A stretch of 64,000 nucleotides of DNA. Source: an uncultured Veillonella sp. (GTDB lineage Bacteria; Bacillota; Negativicutes; Veillonellales; Veillonellaceae). Within the stretch, counting starts at the first letter, position 1, and each line of letters opens with the position of its first letter. Made by a program: the position numbers and the translations under genes. Below, piece by piece: positions 28,879 to 38,062 of the stretch. The DNA lies in assembly GCA_900757715.1 (NCBI GenBank), contig CAAEOZ010000090.1:2740-66739 (forward strand), written 5' to 3'. The notes under the pieces are model-generated. The model was not told the DNA's origin. It ran no database searches and saw nothing but the letters and a program-made list of their open reading frames with translations.

Positions 28879-30297
28879 TTATATTTCTTTTACATCATCA
28901 GGTATAGCCGGAGGAGCGGGTGGTTTACCCATAGATCTTTCAATGAACACCACAGCCACAAAGACGATGAGGCTGACGATGGAACCAAAGATGATGGACA
29001 TGATGCCATATGGATTGCCAACAAATTCCCAGTACACGCCTGCGATGGAGCCGAGTACGATGGACCAAATGCCAGCGCCAGCTGTTGCATTTTTCCAAGT
29101 GAGGCCAAGTAGGAATGCAGCGAATGGGCCAGCGGATCTCATTGTGAAAGCAAATACGAGCATCGGAATGATGGCTTTGCTTACGAGGGAGATGATGATG
29201 GCGATGATGCCGAGGAATAGCACGCACAGACGGCTGTAATTTGTGAGCTGAGCGTCAGTGAGGCTTTTACCAAAATGATGTTCCACAATATCCTTGGTAA
29301 ATACTGTTGCGGCACCTAAGAGGTCGCCTGCGCCTGATGAAAGCGTAGCCGACACGACCGCAGCCATAACGAAGCCTGCCATTACAGGAGGCATGAGGTT
29401 AAGCGCTACCGTTGCCACCGCATTGTTCGCTTCGATGTTCGGGAATTCAGCCAATGCTACGAGGCCTAAAACCGCAGGAACAAAGGCGAATAGAGCCATG
29501 ATAATACCACAAATGATAGAACCGAGAACGGCCGTTCTCTCATCCTTCGCTGCAAAGTACCGTTGTACGGATTCTTGGCCGGTGGAGAAGGTCATGAAGT
29601 ACATAATGATGAGGCCGATGATGGTTTTCCAACCAACCTTCGTAAATCCTAATTGTTCAGGCGGCAATTTCGCCACTACCGATTCCCAGCCGCCCACATT
29701 GTGCAATACGAATGGCACCGCGAGGGAGAAGCCCCCAACGAGGACGAAGAAATGGATAACGTCCGTCATCGTAACGCTCCACATACCGCCGGACATGGTA
29801 TAAATTACGAGTACCGCGCCGCAGATGAGGATGGCGAGCTCTGTTGAAAGCCCTGTGAGAACGCTAATAATAGTTGCAGTTGCTGTAATCTGTACGCCTG
29901 CTAGTGTGATTGTTGCCAGCATGGACAGAATGGAAGTAATGAGATGGCTAGATGCGCCGAAACGACGGCCGATGATCTCTGGCACTGTTGTTGCCATGGC
30001 ACGCCGTAAGAGCGGTGCAATGAAAGCAACGAGGATAACACCAATCCCTGCAGATACTACGTACCAACCTGCAGATAAACCCCAAGAACCATACGCTTTC
30101 GCTGCTACACCTACGGTGCTCCCACCACCGATTTCTGTAGCTGCTAATGTGCCTGCCGTCATAAGAACCCCAATACGACGACCTGCGAGTAGATAGTCAG
30201 TACTATCTTTTACACGAATATGACAATACACGCCGACTAATAAATTCAGTAATAAATAGGCGCAAACAATAATCCAAATAATAGTCAGAGAATCCAT
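28879..30297 (-). CDS. sodium:solute symporter (SSS family)
   Basis: 472 aa, ~13 TM; N-terminal YLLAGRRIGVLMTAGTLAATEIGGGSTVGVAAKAY is typical of SSF transporters. Confidence 0.8.
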   Translation of the reverse strand: MDSLTIIWIIVCAYLLLNLLVGVYCHIRVKDSTDYLLAGRRIGVLMTAGTLAATEIGGGSTVGVAAKAYGSWGLSAGWYVVSAGIGVILVAFIAPLLRRAMATTVPEIIGRRFGASSHLITSILSMLATITLAGVQITATATIISVLTGLSTELAILICGAVLVIYTMSGGMWSVTMTDVIHFFVLVGGFSLAVPFVLHNVGGWESVVAKLPPEQLGFTKVGWKTIIGLIIMYFMTFSTGQESVQRYFAAKDERTAVLGSIICGIIMALFAFVPAVLGLVALAEFPNIEANNAVATVALNLMPPVMAGFVMAAVVSATLSSGAGDLLGAATVFTKDIVEHHFGKSLTDAQLTNYSRLCVLFLGIIAIIISLVSKAIIPMLVFAFTMRSAGPFAAFLLGLTWKNATAGAGIWSIVLGSIAGVYWEFVGNPYGIMSIIFGSIVSLIVFVAVVFIERSMGKPPAPPAIPDDVKEI

Positions 30298-30457
30298 ATG
30301 ACACCTCCAAAAATTTACACTATCTAGAGATTCATACTAAATCACCCTTACTACTTGCGGTGCATATATCAAGTATAGTTTAATTATCCATAAAAACTGG
30401 GGAAAATACAAAGAGGAGTTTTATTGCTTGTTGGAGAATATATATACATTGGGAATA

Positions 30458-30485
30458 AAAAAGCCCGTTATTAACGGGATTTTTG
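30458..30485. terminator. small bidirectional terminator hairpin (gcccgtta/taacgggat)
   Basis: aaaaagcccgtta ttaacggg atttttg. On the minus strand it would terminate the copy-2 antisense transcript. Confidence 0.5.
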
Positions 30486-30526
30486 GGGCATTAATAGCAC
30501 TTATTTGTCTCATAAAAGACAAATAG
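30483..30526 (+). pseudogene. 5'-truncated remnant of the type I toxin-like peptide ORF (copy 2)
   Basis: Only ...FGALIALICLIKDK* remains (tttggggcattaatagcacttatttgtctcataaaagacaaatag). The promoter, SD and N-terminus are missing. Confidence 0.5.
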
Positions 30527-30624
30527 CCCTTCGTTATCTTAGATGATTCGATAACTGAAAGGCCATTTCTCAAGATTTTCTGTTTTTAGAGATGCGCCTG
30601 ACGTTACGACTCGTCTGACTATCT
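30500..30624 (-). ncRNA. putative cis-antisense RNA, copy 2 (downstream conserved element retained)
   Basis: Minus-strand -35 TTGACG (30654-30659), 17-bp spacer, -10 TATAAT (30631-30636). The conserved block gatgcgcctgacgt...actcgtctgactatct is present. Confidence 0.4.
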
Positions 30625-30730
30625 ACCTATATTATAGGGATAAAGATTTATATCGTCAAATTGAGATGAACCTCATATATTAAATAGAAACAAACCTCAT
30701 GCATAGTGAAATATAAAGTTATAAATAATA

Positions 30731-30790
30731 GGCACAATCTTATTTGCATAGTATACTTATGCTAATAAGATTGTGCTTATTTATGTTGTA
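30731..30790 (+). promoter_or_regulatory. leader hairpin with the same conserved loop (tagtatacttatgctaat) upstream of paralog 2; arms covary relative to copy 1
   Basis: 5' arm gcacaatcttatt pairs with 3' arm aataagattgtgc, then cttatttatgttg and RBS gagaggg. Confidence 0.5.
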
Positions 30791-30807
30791 AATTTAGAGA
30801 GGGTTTT

Positions 30808-32067
30808 ATGTTACGTAAAAGTTTCCTACTGATGACAGCGATAGCTGCTTTCACCATGAATGCAAGCGCTGTGCAGATCGAAGTGCCAAAAGGGCAACCA
30901 CCTGTGCCTGGAGCGGATGCAAGTATTCCTGCTAATGCGTATGAGAATTATCGTCATGTTAATGAGGTAGCGGAGAAAAAAGCAGAGTCATATAGTCAAT
31001 TTGTAAAATCAAAACCTACAAATCCTCCATCTGCCTTTGATAAGCTGAATTTGGAACACCCTGGTTTTGCTAAGGCTTTGGAGCTTGCAGATTATTCGCA
31101 GTCTACAGTGGTATTGATTCATGAAGGAAATAAAAATATCAGGCTATCTGTACCAAATGTCAGCTTTCGCGGTGATGTTGTAGAGTCTCCATCTGGAAAA
31201 GAAGGTCCTTTTTTTGCTATTAGAAGCTTAAGTACATTTTTGGTAGTAGGCCCGCCTCATGGTAAAGCACTTGATGCATATTCTGAAAGTAAAGGAAAAT
31301 ATATGTATCCAGAATTAAGGAATGCATCTTGGAAGTTTATGTCGAACAGTGCTCGTGTGATGTATACGGAATTCACACCGAATGATACAAAAACTGCCTA
31401 TGGCATTACCTATGGTGGTTGGGTAAATACGGAAGATCCGTACCAAGATCAAGCACCTGAAGTGGTAATGAGTAATTATATCATTCCGTCCATAGAATCC
31501 TTAGCTGGATTAGATAACTATAGTCAGATTGAGCATTGGGACAATTTTAACTATCGTATTCCTAAGACGGCTAAGCTTGTGAGTGTATCTGTAGAAAATG
31601 AGATACATGAGGTGAGAACCTATGAGGATACAGGGGTTAAAATACGGGTAATACGTAGCGCAATCAGGAGTAAAGAGACAGATAACACGCTGATTAAGGT
31701 TCCAATAATATATTATTTACATAAATATAATGATTTGGAGACACCTACACAGTACGCCGTAGTGTGGAATAACGGAATTCCTGGTTCTTTAGTTGATGAC
31801 TATAAACCCAATCGTGAATCCTATCTTCGTCATGTTATGAAAGATTCTGTATACTATTACAGTTATCGCATTAATTATGATGAAAGTAAAACGTCTTATA
31901 CACATAAACAGCTAAGAGATATGATTGAATATGTGGGATTTGATGATGCGGCAAGATTACGAAAAGAGCCACAATGCCGAGAGAAAGGGTCATATAAGGA
32001 GAGACTCGAAAATAGCCCAGTATTTATCCCTTGGTATATGGAATGGGTTAAACTGTTGACTCAATAG
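30808..32067 (+). CDS. secreted protein, paralog family member 2
   Basis: Signal peptide MLRKSFLLMTAIAAFTMNASA, then VPKGQPPVPGADASIPANAYENYRH, IIPSIESL, WDNFNYRIPK, VVWNNGIPGSLVDD and LRDMIEYVGF. Confidence 0.75.
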   Translation: MLRKSFLLMTAIAAFTMNASAVQIEVPKGQPPVPGADASIPANAYENYRHVNEVAEKKAESYSQFVKSKPTNPPSAFDKLNLEHPGFAKALELADYSQSTVVLIHEGNKNIRLSVPNVSFRGDVVESPSGKEGPFFAIRSLSTFLVVGPPHGKALDAYSESKGKYMYPELRNASWKFMSNSARVMYTEFTPNDTKTAYGITYGGWVNTEDPYQDQAPEVVMSNYIIPSIESLAGLDNYSQIEHWDNFNYRIPKTAKLVSVSVENEIHEVRTYEDTGVKIRVIRSAIRSKETDNTLIKVPIIYYLHKYNDLETPTQYAVVWNNGIPGSLVDDYKPNRESYLRHVMKDSVYYYSYRINYDESKTSYTHKQLRDMIEYVGFDDAARLRKEPQCREKGSYKERLENSPVFIPWYMEWVKLLTQ

Positions 32068-32115
32068 AAAATTTTGCTTTTTTAAGCTTGTATAATATTA
32101 GATAGGAGAGAGCCA

Positions 32116-32517
32116 ATGAGTAAACTCAAATACATCAAAATTATATTAGTGCTTTTGCTTAAGGCTTATCTCATTTATCTATGGGTCAACTTCGTAGGGG
32201 CGTTTACTCATCTACTCTATTATATTTATATATTGAAAGTTTTTTCATTGGAGGATTTCGGATTATTTCTATTCTTTCTCTTTGGTAATATATGTTGTAT
32301 TCTGTGGCTTGTTTTATGGTGTAAGCGATTACCGCCGGCTTTTAATAAGCCCAAAATATATTATGAAATTAAAGACTGGATTCGATCTAAGAAAGAAGAA
32401 GCACCTATCTATAAAGTTTTATTTGGCAGTTTATTGCTTTTGCTAAAGCTATGTCTTGTAGTGTATATCTTAATTACAGCTTTCATGATTTTAAGCATTC
32501 CAGTAATATACCTTTGA
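32116..32517 (+). CDS. small multi-TM membrane protein (hypothetical)
   Basis: 133 aa, 3-4 hydrophobic helices. RBS aggagagag before ATG 32116. Confidence 0.45.
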   Translation: MSKLKYIKIILVLLLKAYLIYLWVNFVGAFTHLLYYIYILKVFSLEDFGLFLFFLFGNICCILWLVLWCKRLPPAFNKPKIYYEIKDWIRSKKEEAPIYKVLFGSLLLLLKLCLVVYILITAFMILSIPVIYL

Positions 32518-32620
32518 ACTTCTATCAAATGTTAAATAGACTAAAAAGCCGAGCTACTATGTTGATTAAGTAGCTCGGCTTTTATTAGTTTATTCATATA
32601 TTTATATAATATGGTTTTTA

Positions 32621-32649
32621 TTGTATCGTATATTAGTTTGCTCTATAAT
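32621..32649 (+). promoter_or_regulatory. promoter of toxin-like ORF copy 3 (-35 ttgtat, 17-bp spacer, -10 tataat)
   Basis: Same sequence context as copy 1 (tattgtatcgtatattagtt.g.tctataatagacttaggatagt). Confidence 0.5.
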
Positions 32650-32708
32650 AGACTTAGGATAGTCAGACGAGGTTGGGCTTCTCTTCGTTTTTGAAGGGAG
32701 GGGTGCTT

Positions 32709-32837
32709 ATGAGTGGGTATAAAATTATTATGGTTATCCTTGGGATTTTATCAGTCATGATATCCTTTGGAGCACTTGTGGCGCTTATTTGTCTAGAAAT
32801 AGCAAAATGGCCCTTCGTTTCTTCGGAAATTAGATAA
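32709..32837 (+). CDS. 42-aa hydrophobic peptide, type I toxin-like (copy 3; C-terminally extended because the ancestral stop is lost)
   Basis: MSGYKIIMVILGILSVMISFGALVALICLEIAKWPFVSSEIR. Where copy 1 has tag, this copy reads tgg. The SD is sequestered by cttctcttc/gaagggagg (32678-32701). Confidence 0.5.
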   Translation: MSGYKIIMVILGILSVMISFGALVALICLEIAKWPFVSSEIR

Positions 32838-32908
32838 AACGAAAAGGCCATTTCTACATATTATTAGTTTGTGAGATGAGCCTGACGTCACTACTCGTCT
32901 GACTATCT
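32800..32908 (-). ncRNA. putative cis-antisense RNA, copy 3
   Basis: Minus-strand -35 TTGACG (32938-32943), 17-bp spacer, -10 TATAAT (32915-32920). Hairpin aaatggcccttcgtt/aacgaaaaggccattt at 32810-32858. Confidence 0.4.
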
Positions 32909-32966
32909 ACCTATATTATAGGGGTAAAGATTTATATCGTCAAATTGAGATAAACTGGAGGTCCTT

Positions 32967-33503
32967 ATGAAACCATTTGAAACGAAGGATTACAAAGCTT
33001 TTACCATATTCGAGGAGCGTTGGGCTCTTGTTACGGCCGGTACGCCTGATGATTTCAACACTTGTACGGTTAGTTGGGGCAGTATGGGCAACGTGTGGGG
33101 CCCGAATGGCGGCGATATGTCTACGGTGACGGTGTACATTCATCCAGCCCGCTATACGCAGGAATTTATGGCAAAATACGATACCTTTACCGTTAGTTTC
33201 TTCCCTGAAAGCTATCGCAAGGCGCTTGGTTACTTAGGATCTCATTCTGGTCGAGACGAAGATAAGGTAGCTAACTCTGGACTAACACCAGTTGCAGCAG
33301 GTGATGGCGTGACTTTCAAAGAAGCAGAGTTAACATTTGTATGTAAAAAGCTATATGAACATCAATTTGACGAATCTCATTTAGCAGCCCATGTAAAGGA
33401 ATATTATGCAGCGAATCCGTCCATGTATACCCAAGCTGGTAAGGATCGTTGGGAACCTCATTATATGTACATCGGCGAAGTAGTTGATGCCATAGAGGGC
33501 TAG
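32967..33503 (+). CDS. flavin reductase-like (FMN-binding split-barrel) family protein
   Basis: 178 aa; WALVTAGTPDDFNTCTVSWGSMGNVWGP is typical of flavin-reductase-like domain proteins. RBS ggagg. Confidence 0.7.
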   Translation: MKPFETKDYKAFTIFEERWALVTAGTPDDFNTCTVSWGSMGNVWGPNGGDMSTVTVYIHPARYTQEFMAKYDTFTVSFFPESYRKALGYLGSHSGRDEDKVANSGLTPVAAGDGVTFKEAELTFVCKKLYEHQFDESHLAAHVKEYYAANPSMYTQAGKDRWEPHYMYIGEVVDAIEG

Positions 33504-33708
33504 TCTGTCCACATAACAAATGAAGACATACATACAATTCTTTGGGATACCGTGAATGCTGTATCTTAACTAAGTATATTTTAGTTTTCTAGTACTAAAA
33601 AAGTCGAGCTTCTATCGTTTAGTTGCTCGACTTTTGTTAGTTAATTTATATATTTGTATAATATAATGCTTATGAAAGCTATTTTATAATGGTGTTGATA
33701 TAGATCGT

Positions 33709-35043
33709 CTATGCTTCTGGAAATAGAACATGTTCTTGCATTTTAAAATTAGGATTATTGGTAGAATCAAAGAACTCAATCATATTCCGTAATTTTTGAA
33801 CTTCCTCAGCACTTAAAAAACTTGGATAGAAGATAGTATAAGTAAAACTATATATGCCATCATAGGAGTTAAAGTTTAGAATGTGATCATCCTTATTAGG
33901 TTCATAGCTGTGTATGGATAGACCAGGGATGTTATTGTTCCATACAACTGAGTAATTGATATAGTCTGATGCTGATGGATGGTAACGGTAAATATCCCAG
34001 AACGTATTTAAATCAGTTTTAAAATTGTAATGACCATTTATAACAAGTTCACGGGCATATGGGTTTTTAGGAACATTGTCAGTAGAAATAAAGAATGTTA
34101 TGTCTCCTTTTTTGTAGTATCTAATATCTTGGTGGTCGGTGCCCTTACTTTCACCTTCGTATATGGCGTCTTTTGGTACGCGGTATTGTACACCGTTTAA
34201 GCTTTCTATGCGTGAATATTGATTTAATTCATTTAGGTTTTGTACAGAGGGAAGCACATAATTAGCCAATAATTTATCTGTAGGAACCTTATTCAGAACG
34301 GGGTTGTTATCATAATAGACAAACCCTGCGTGATATAAGGGATGACGCATGTTATAGCCCTTAAATTTAAAATTTATTGTGTCGATGGTGAGCGTTGTTT
34401 TTTTACCGTTTTTAAGGTGTGGCATTTTCATGCTATCCCAAGTGCTGTAGGTAACAGTAGGATATGAAAATACAGTGCCTTTTATATCAGAAATGTGTTT
34501 TGCTGGATTACGTTTTGCCATGTCCTGAAAGAAATCACGAACATTCTTGTCGGTTAGTTTTTCATAAGCTATTTTTGTGTTACGCCAGTCATAGTCTTTG
34601 TAATCAGCATAGTCAATTTCTAAATTGAGACTTCCGTTATCGGTTAATACTCGATAGTCCTCAATGGTTCGACTTGGATTTTTGTAACGTCTTATATTAT
34701 AATCACTTTTTATGCCTGCAACGGGGAATGAAAGCCGAATTTGGTTGTATTGATCATGAATGGAGATGACTGTATTATGGTAATGTTGACCGCGATATAT
34801 AGAGGCTGCTTTAGCATACTTAATTTCGTTTTTACTAATACCGTTAGCCTTGTCAGTTGCTTTTAATGTTTCCACATAGTTTACTACATCCTTTTCAATA
34901 TCAGGGTTTGTGGCTTGGTAGTTTACGTAGGCATCCTTTGGAATCTTCGAATCTGCACCAGGGATATTAACATCGATAGCTCCTACTGGTGATAATATAG
35001 TGCTTATCATGAAAGCACCCGCTAATAATGGTAGTTTTGTCAT
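33709..35043 (-). CDS. secreted protein, paralog family member 3
   Basis: Signal peptide MTKLPLLAGAFMISTILSPVGA, then NIPGADSKIPKDAYVNYQ, VLPSVQNL, YSVVWNNNIPGLS and LRNMIEFFD. Confidence 0.75.
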   Translation of the reverse strand: MTKLPLLAGAFMISTILSPVGAIDVNIPGADSKIPKDAYVNYQATNPDIEKDVVNYVETLKATDKANGISKNEIKYAKAASIYRGQHYHNTVISIHDQYNQIRLSFPVAGIKSDYNIRRYKNPSRTIEDYRVLTDNGSLNLEIDYADYKDYDWRNTKIAYEKLTDKNVRDFFQDMAKRNPAKHISDIKGTVFSYPTVTYSTWDSMKMPHLKNGKKTTLTIDTINFKFKGYNMRHPLYHAGFVYYDNNPVLNKVPTDKLLANYVLPSVQNLNELNQYSRIESLNGVQYRVPKDAIYEGESKGTDHQDIRYYKKGDITFFISTDNVPKNPYARELVINGHYNFKTDLNTFWDIYRYHPSASDYINYSVVWNNNIPGLSIHSYEPNKDDHILNFNSYDGIYSFTYTIFYPSFLSAEEVQKLRNMIEFFDSTNNPNFKMQEHVLFPEA

Positions 35044-35492
35044 AGTAGTATCTCCCGTTTACACTCTCATATCTATTGGTATTGTAGTAATCCATAGGTT
35101 ATGTTATTAAGTATAATTATATAACTGAATGACTATATTGATTCAAGTATTCATCAAAATAAGTCATAAATTTGATGAAAAATAAGTATACAAAAGCTAA
35201 GTGTAATGAATGGCTTATATAGGGAACTCTTTTATTGATAACTACTATAAATAGCATGAATTGATAAAATTTTTATAAAATATAATCCCACAAAAACTGC
35301 AAAATCTGATATAATATTAGTATGAAAATCGACGTATGTAAGGACTAAAAAATGGTGTGTATGAAGTGATTTTCTGGCCTAGAAAATCACTATATTCTTA
35401 GTATTCAGTCGATATAATCGGAATGTTGTATATATGAAATGACTACGCAAATGCGTAGTTTTTATTATTTTTTGTTTGGTGTAGGTAGTCCC

Positions 35493-35936
35493 ATGAGTGT
35501 AGTAAAGCCCTTATTATGGCTATTAGAACCGTATATCGTATACAAGGCCTATTTGTGGGGCGTCCGTTTCATGGCACAGCCTTTTACATGGGAAGGCGAA
35601 TTAGATTGGTTCGCTTTTATGCTAACCATACTGCTCGTCATTGATGTGGTGGCGTTGCCCTTGGTGATCTTCTATTGCCCTGGTTTGAATCCTGGGGTAC
35701 GTGTTCCGGACTGGATTCGCCGTTTAGGAACACCTATTTATGCCGTCCATAATTGGCTTGATGATAAGGTTGGTGGCGATACATCTACACCGGTTGTATG
35801 GCTCCGTAAAGCCTTGCATTCCTTACTTTTATTCATTTATTATCTAGTGCCATTTTACGTGGGTGGTCATCTCGTAATGGGGCTCGTAGTAGCGCTCATG
35901 TATGACGTCCTTGTATGGGCCCATGGAGGTGTATAA
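35493..35936 (+). CDS. membrane protein (hypothetical)
   Basis: 3-4 TM segments. The ORF-track start at 35439 lies inside a hairpin plus T-run (gactacgcaaatgcgtagttttttatt), so the later Met at 35493 was chosen. Confidence 0.45.
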   Translation: MSVVKPLLWLLEPYIVYKAYLWGVRFMAQPFTWEGELDWFAFMLTILLVIDVVALPLVIFYCPGLNPGVRVPDWIRRLGTPIYAVHNWLDDKVGGDTSTPVVWLRKALHSLLLFIYYLVPFYVGGHLVMGLVVALMYDVLVWAHGGV

Positions 35937-36541
35937 TGAAAAAGATTACTTGTGAATGGCCGACGACGCCTTTATATCATGAGTACCACGATTATGAGTG
36001 GGGCCGACCAATTCATGATGATCAACTTCAATTTGAACACCTTTGTCTTGAAAATCTCCAATGTGGACTTAGCTGGCTTACGATCTTAAATAAACGAGAT
36101 ATCATTCGAGCATGCTTTGATCATTTTGATATTGATACAGTTGCTGCTTATGGTGAAAGCGACATCGAACGAATCATGCAGACGGAGGGGATGGTTAAGT
36201 ATCGCCTTAAAATCGAAGCTATCATCAATAATGCTTCTGCCTTTAAACGTATTCAATCTGAATTTGGTTCATTTTGTAACTATATTTGGGGATTTACAAA
36301 TCATAAAACGATTATTTATGAAAATCATCCTGAAGGGCATTTCCCTACTAAAAATGGTCTATCTACGCGGATTAGCAAAGACCTAAAGAAACGGGGATTT
36401 AAGTTTGTAGGGCCTGTAACAATTTATTCACACCTACAAGCTAGTGGTCTCATCAATGATCACGGTAAAGACTGCCCTTGTTTTGAGGAGATTAATAAAA
36501 CAGCAGATATCGTACGTTTACCTGTAGACGATGAAGCTTAA
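35936..36541 (+). CDS. tag: DNA-3-methyladenine glycosylase I
   Basis: MKKITCEWPTTPLYHEYHDYEWGRPIHDDQLQFEHLCLENLQCGLSW; Cys/His zinc ligands near the C-terminus (CPC). Confidence 0.85.
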   Translation: MKKITCEWPTTPLYHEYHDYEWGRPIHDDQLQFEHLCLENLQCGLSWLTILNKRDIIRACFDHFDIDTVAAYGESDIERIMQTEGMVKYRLKIEAIINNASAFKRIQSEFGSFCNYIWGFTNHKTIIYENHPEGHFPTKNGLSTRISKDLKKRGFKFVGPVTIYSHLQASGLINDHGKDCPCFEEINKTADIVRLPVDDEA

Positions 36542-36751
36542 GGGAGATAAGCAGAGATTAGTTAACAATAGTTTTTGCGCATGATTGAGTTTACATAATT
36601 GAATTTGTTGTTATGTGGAATTGGGTGTACACTAAAATCGATGAGGCGATAGCGACTCATCTCATGTTGGCCCGCTTTATATAAACACATATACTCTCTC
36701 TCTCCTAAGCGGGTCTATCATTAGTTCTCTCTCAACGCTATAAACTATACA

Positions 36752-36784
36752 GAGCCTCTACCTTATTGGGTAGAGGCTTTTTGC
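36752..36784 (+). terminator. rho-independent terminator
   Basis: agagcctctacc ttattgg gtagaggcttt ttg. Confidence 0.7.
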
Positions 36785-36990
36785 TGTATATAATGTTATA
36801 AGAGGAGCAATACTGTATTAGGGAGCCATATAACAGCATTAAACAGGCTATATGTATGGTCTTAAAGAATCTTTAATTAATCCAATTTCATAGTATATAT
36901 TTTATACCATATAAATTGATTTCTTTCGATGTAGTTGTTATACTGAAGTAAATTGATAGTGTTACTTTCACAATTAAAGAAGGGAAATAT

Positions 36991-37707
36991 ATGATTGGTT
37001 TGGGAACGGCCATTAACATTGGTCTCATTATAGCTGGTAGCCTATGTGGCCTCGCGTTTGGTCGCTTTATGAAAGAAAATTTAAAGCAGACGCTCATGAT
37101 TGTGAGCGGTATTATCGTGCTCCTCCTCGGCATGAGCGGGGCCATGCGGTATATGCTCGTCATTGTCAACGGATCTCTACAAACAACGGGGCCGCTATTG
37201 ATGATTATTAGCATGGTCGTAGGCGCCGTGATTGGCGAAATTATCGATCTTAATCATTGGATTACCGTATTTGGCGATTGGGTAAAAGCTCGCACTGGCA
37301 ATGCTGGTGATCCAAAGTTTACACATGCTTTTATTACTGCATCTTTGACGTTTACTGTAGGTGCTATGGGGGTACTGGGCTCTATTCAAGACGGCCTTAC
37401 TGGAAATTATCAAACGCTATTATTGAAAGGCATCCTCGATGGTATTATCGTTATGGTTATGGTATCTTCTATGGGAAAAGGGGCGCTGTTCTCCTTTATT
37501 CCTGTAGGTATTACGCAATGGCTCATCACGGCAATGGCACATATTGCAGCGCCTCTGATGACACCTAGTGCCATCGATAACCTATCCTACGTCGGATCTA
37601 TTCTGATTTTCTGCGTTGGTATCGACCTCATCTGGCCTGGTAAAGTACGTATTGCAAACCTTTTGCCAGCCATCTTCATGGCAATGGGGCTTACATTTTT
37701 GCTATAA
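36991..37707 (+). CDS. DUF554-like (YqgA-type) membrane protein
   Basis: 238 aa, 6-7 TM, Gly-rich helices (MIGLGTAINIGLIIAGSLCGLAFG). Confidence 0.6.
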   Translation: MIGLGTAINIGLIIAGSLCGLAFGRFMKENLKQTLMIVSGIIVLLLGMSGAMRYMLVIVNGSLQTTGPLLMIISMVVGAVIGEIIDLNHWITVFGDWVKARTGNAGDPKFTHAFITASLTFTVGAMGVLGSIQDGLTGNYQTLLLKGILDGIIVMVMVSSMGKGALFSFIPVGITQWLITAMAHIAAPLMTPSAIDNLSYVGSILIFCVGIDLIWPGKVRIANLLPAIFMAMGLTFLL

Positions 37708-38062
37708 TTAGCATTACAATAATATATAGATTTTTATAAGAGACCTATATTCTCTGAACCTTTGATGTGTACTTTGTACATGATACGGTCGAGGATGTAG
37801 GTCTTTTTACTTTTCAAAATCAATTTAGTAGATGTGCGAATTAATGATAGTTTAAATTCAATTATGACAATAAGGTAAATTTATTACATTCCGAAATAGG
37901 TGACCAATAGAGTCATCGCAAGTGTAGGATTTAAATGATGTTTTATAGAATTCTTTTACCAAAATTGTTTGTAGAATAATTTCAATTCTATGTATAGTTA
38001 TTCTTCAAGTATATGTTATTGAATTATACCTGTTTAACAGGTATAATCAAAGGAGAGATTCT

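Noticed and set aside
28943-30196. Plus-strand ORFs 28943..29239, 29294..29803 and 29825..30196
   Set aside because: Antisense to the sodium:solute symporter gene; Pro/Ala/Arg-rich translations typical of the reverse frame of a membrane-protein gene.
35439-35492. ORF-track start of the 35439..35936 ORF
   Set aside because: The first 18 codons lie inside a hairpin plus T-run (gactacgcaaatgcgtagtttttt); the downstream Met at 35493 is used instead.
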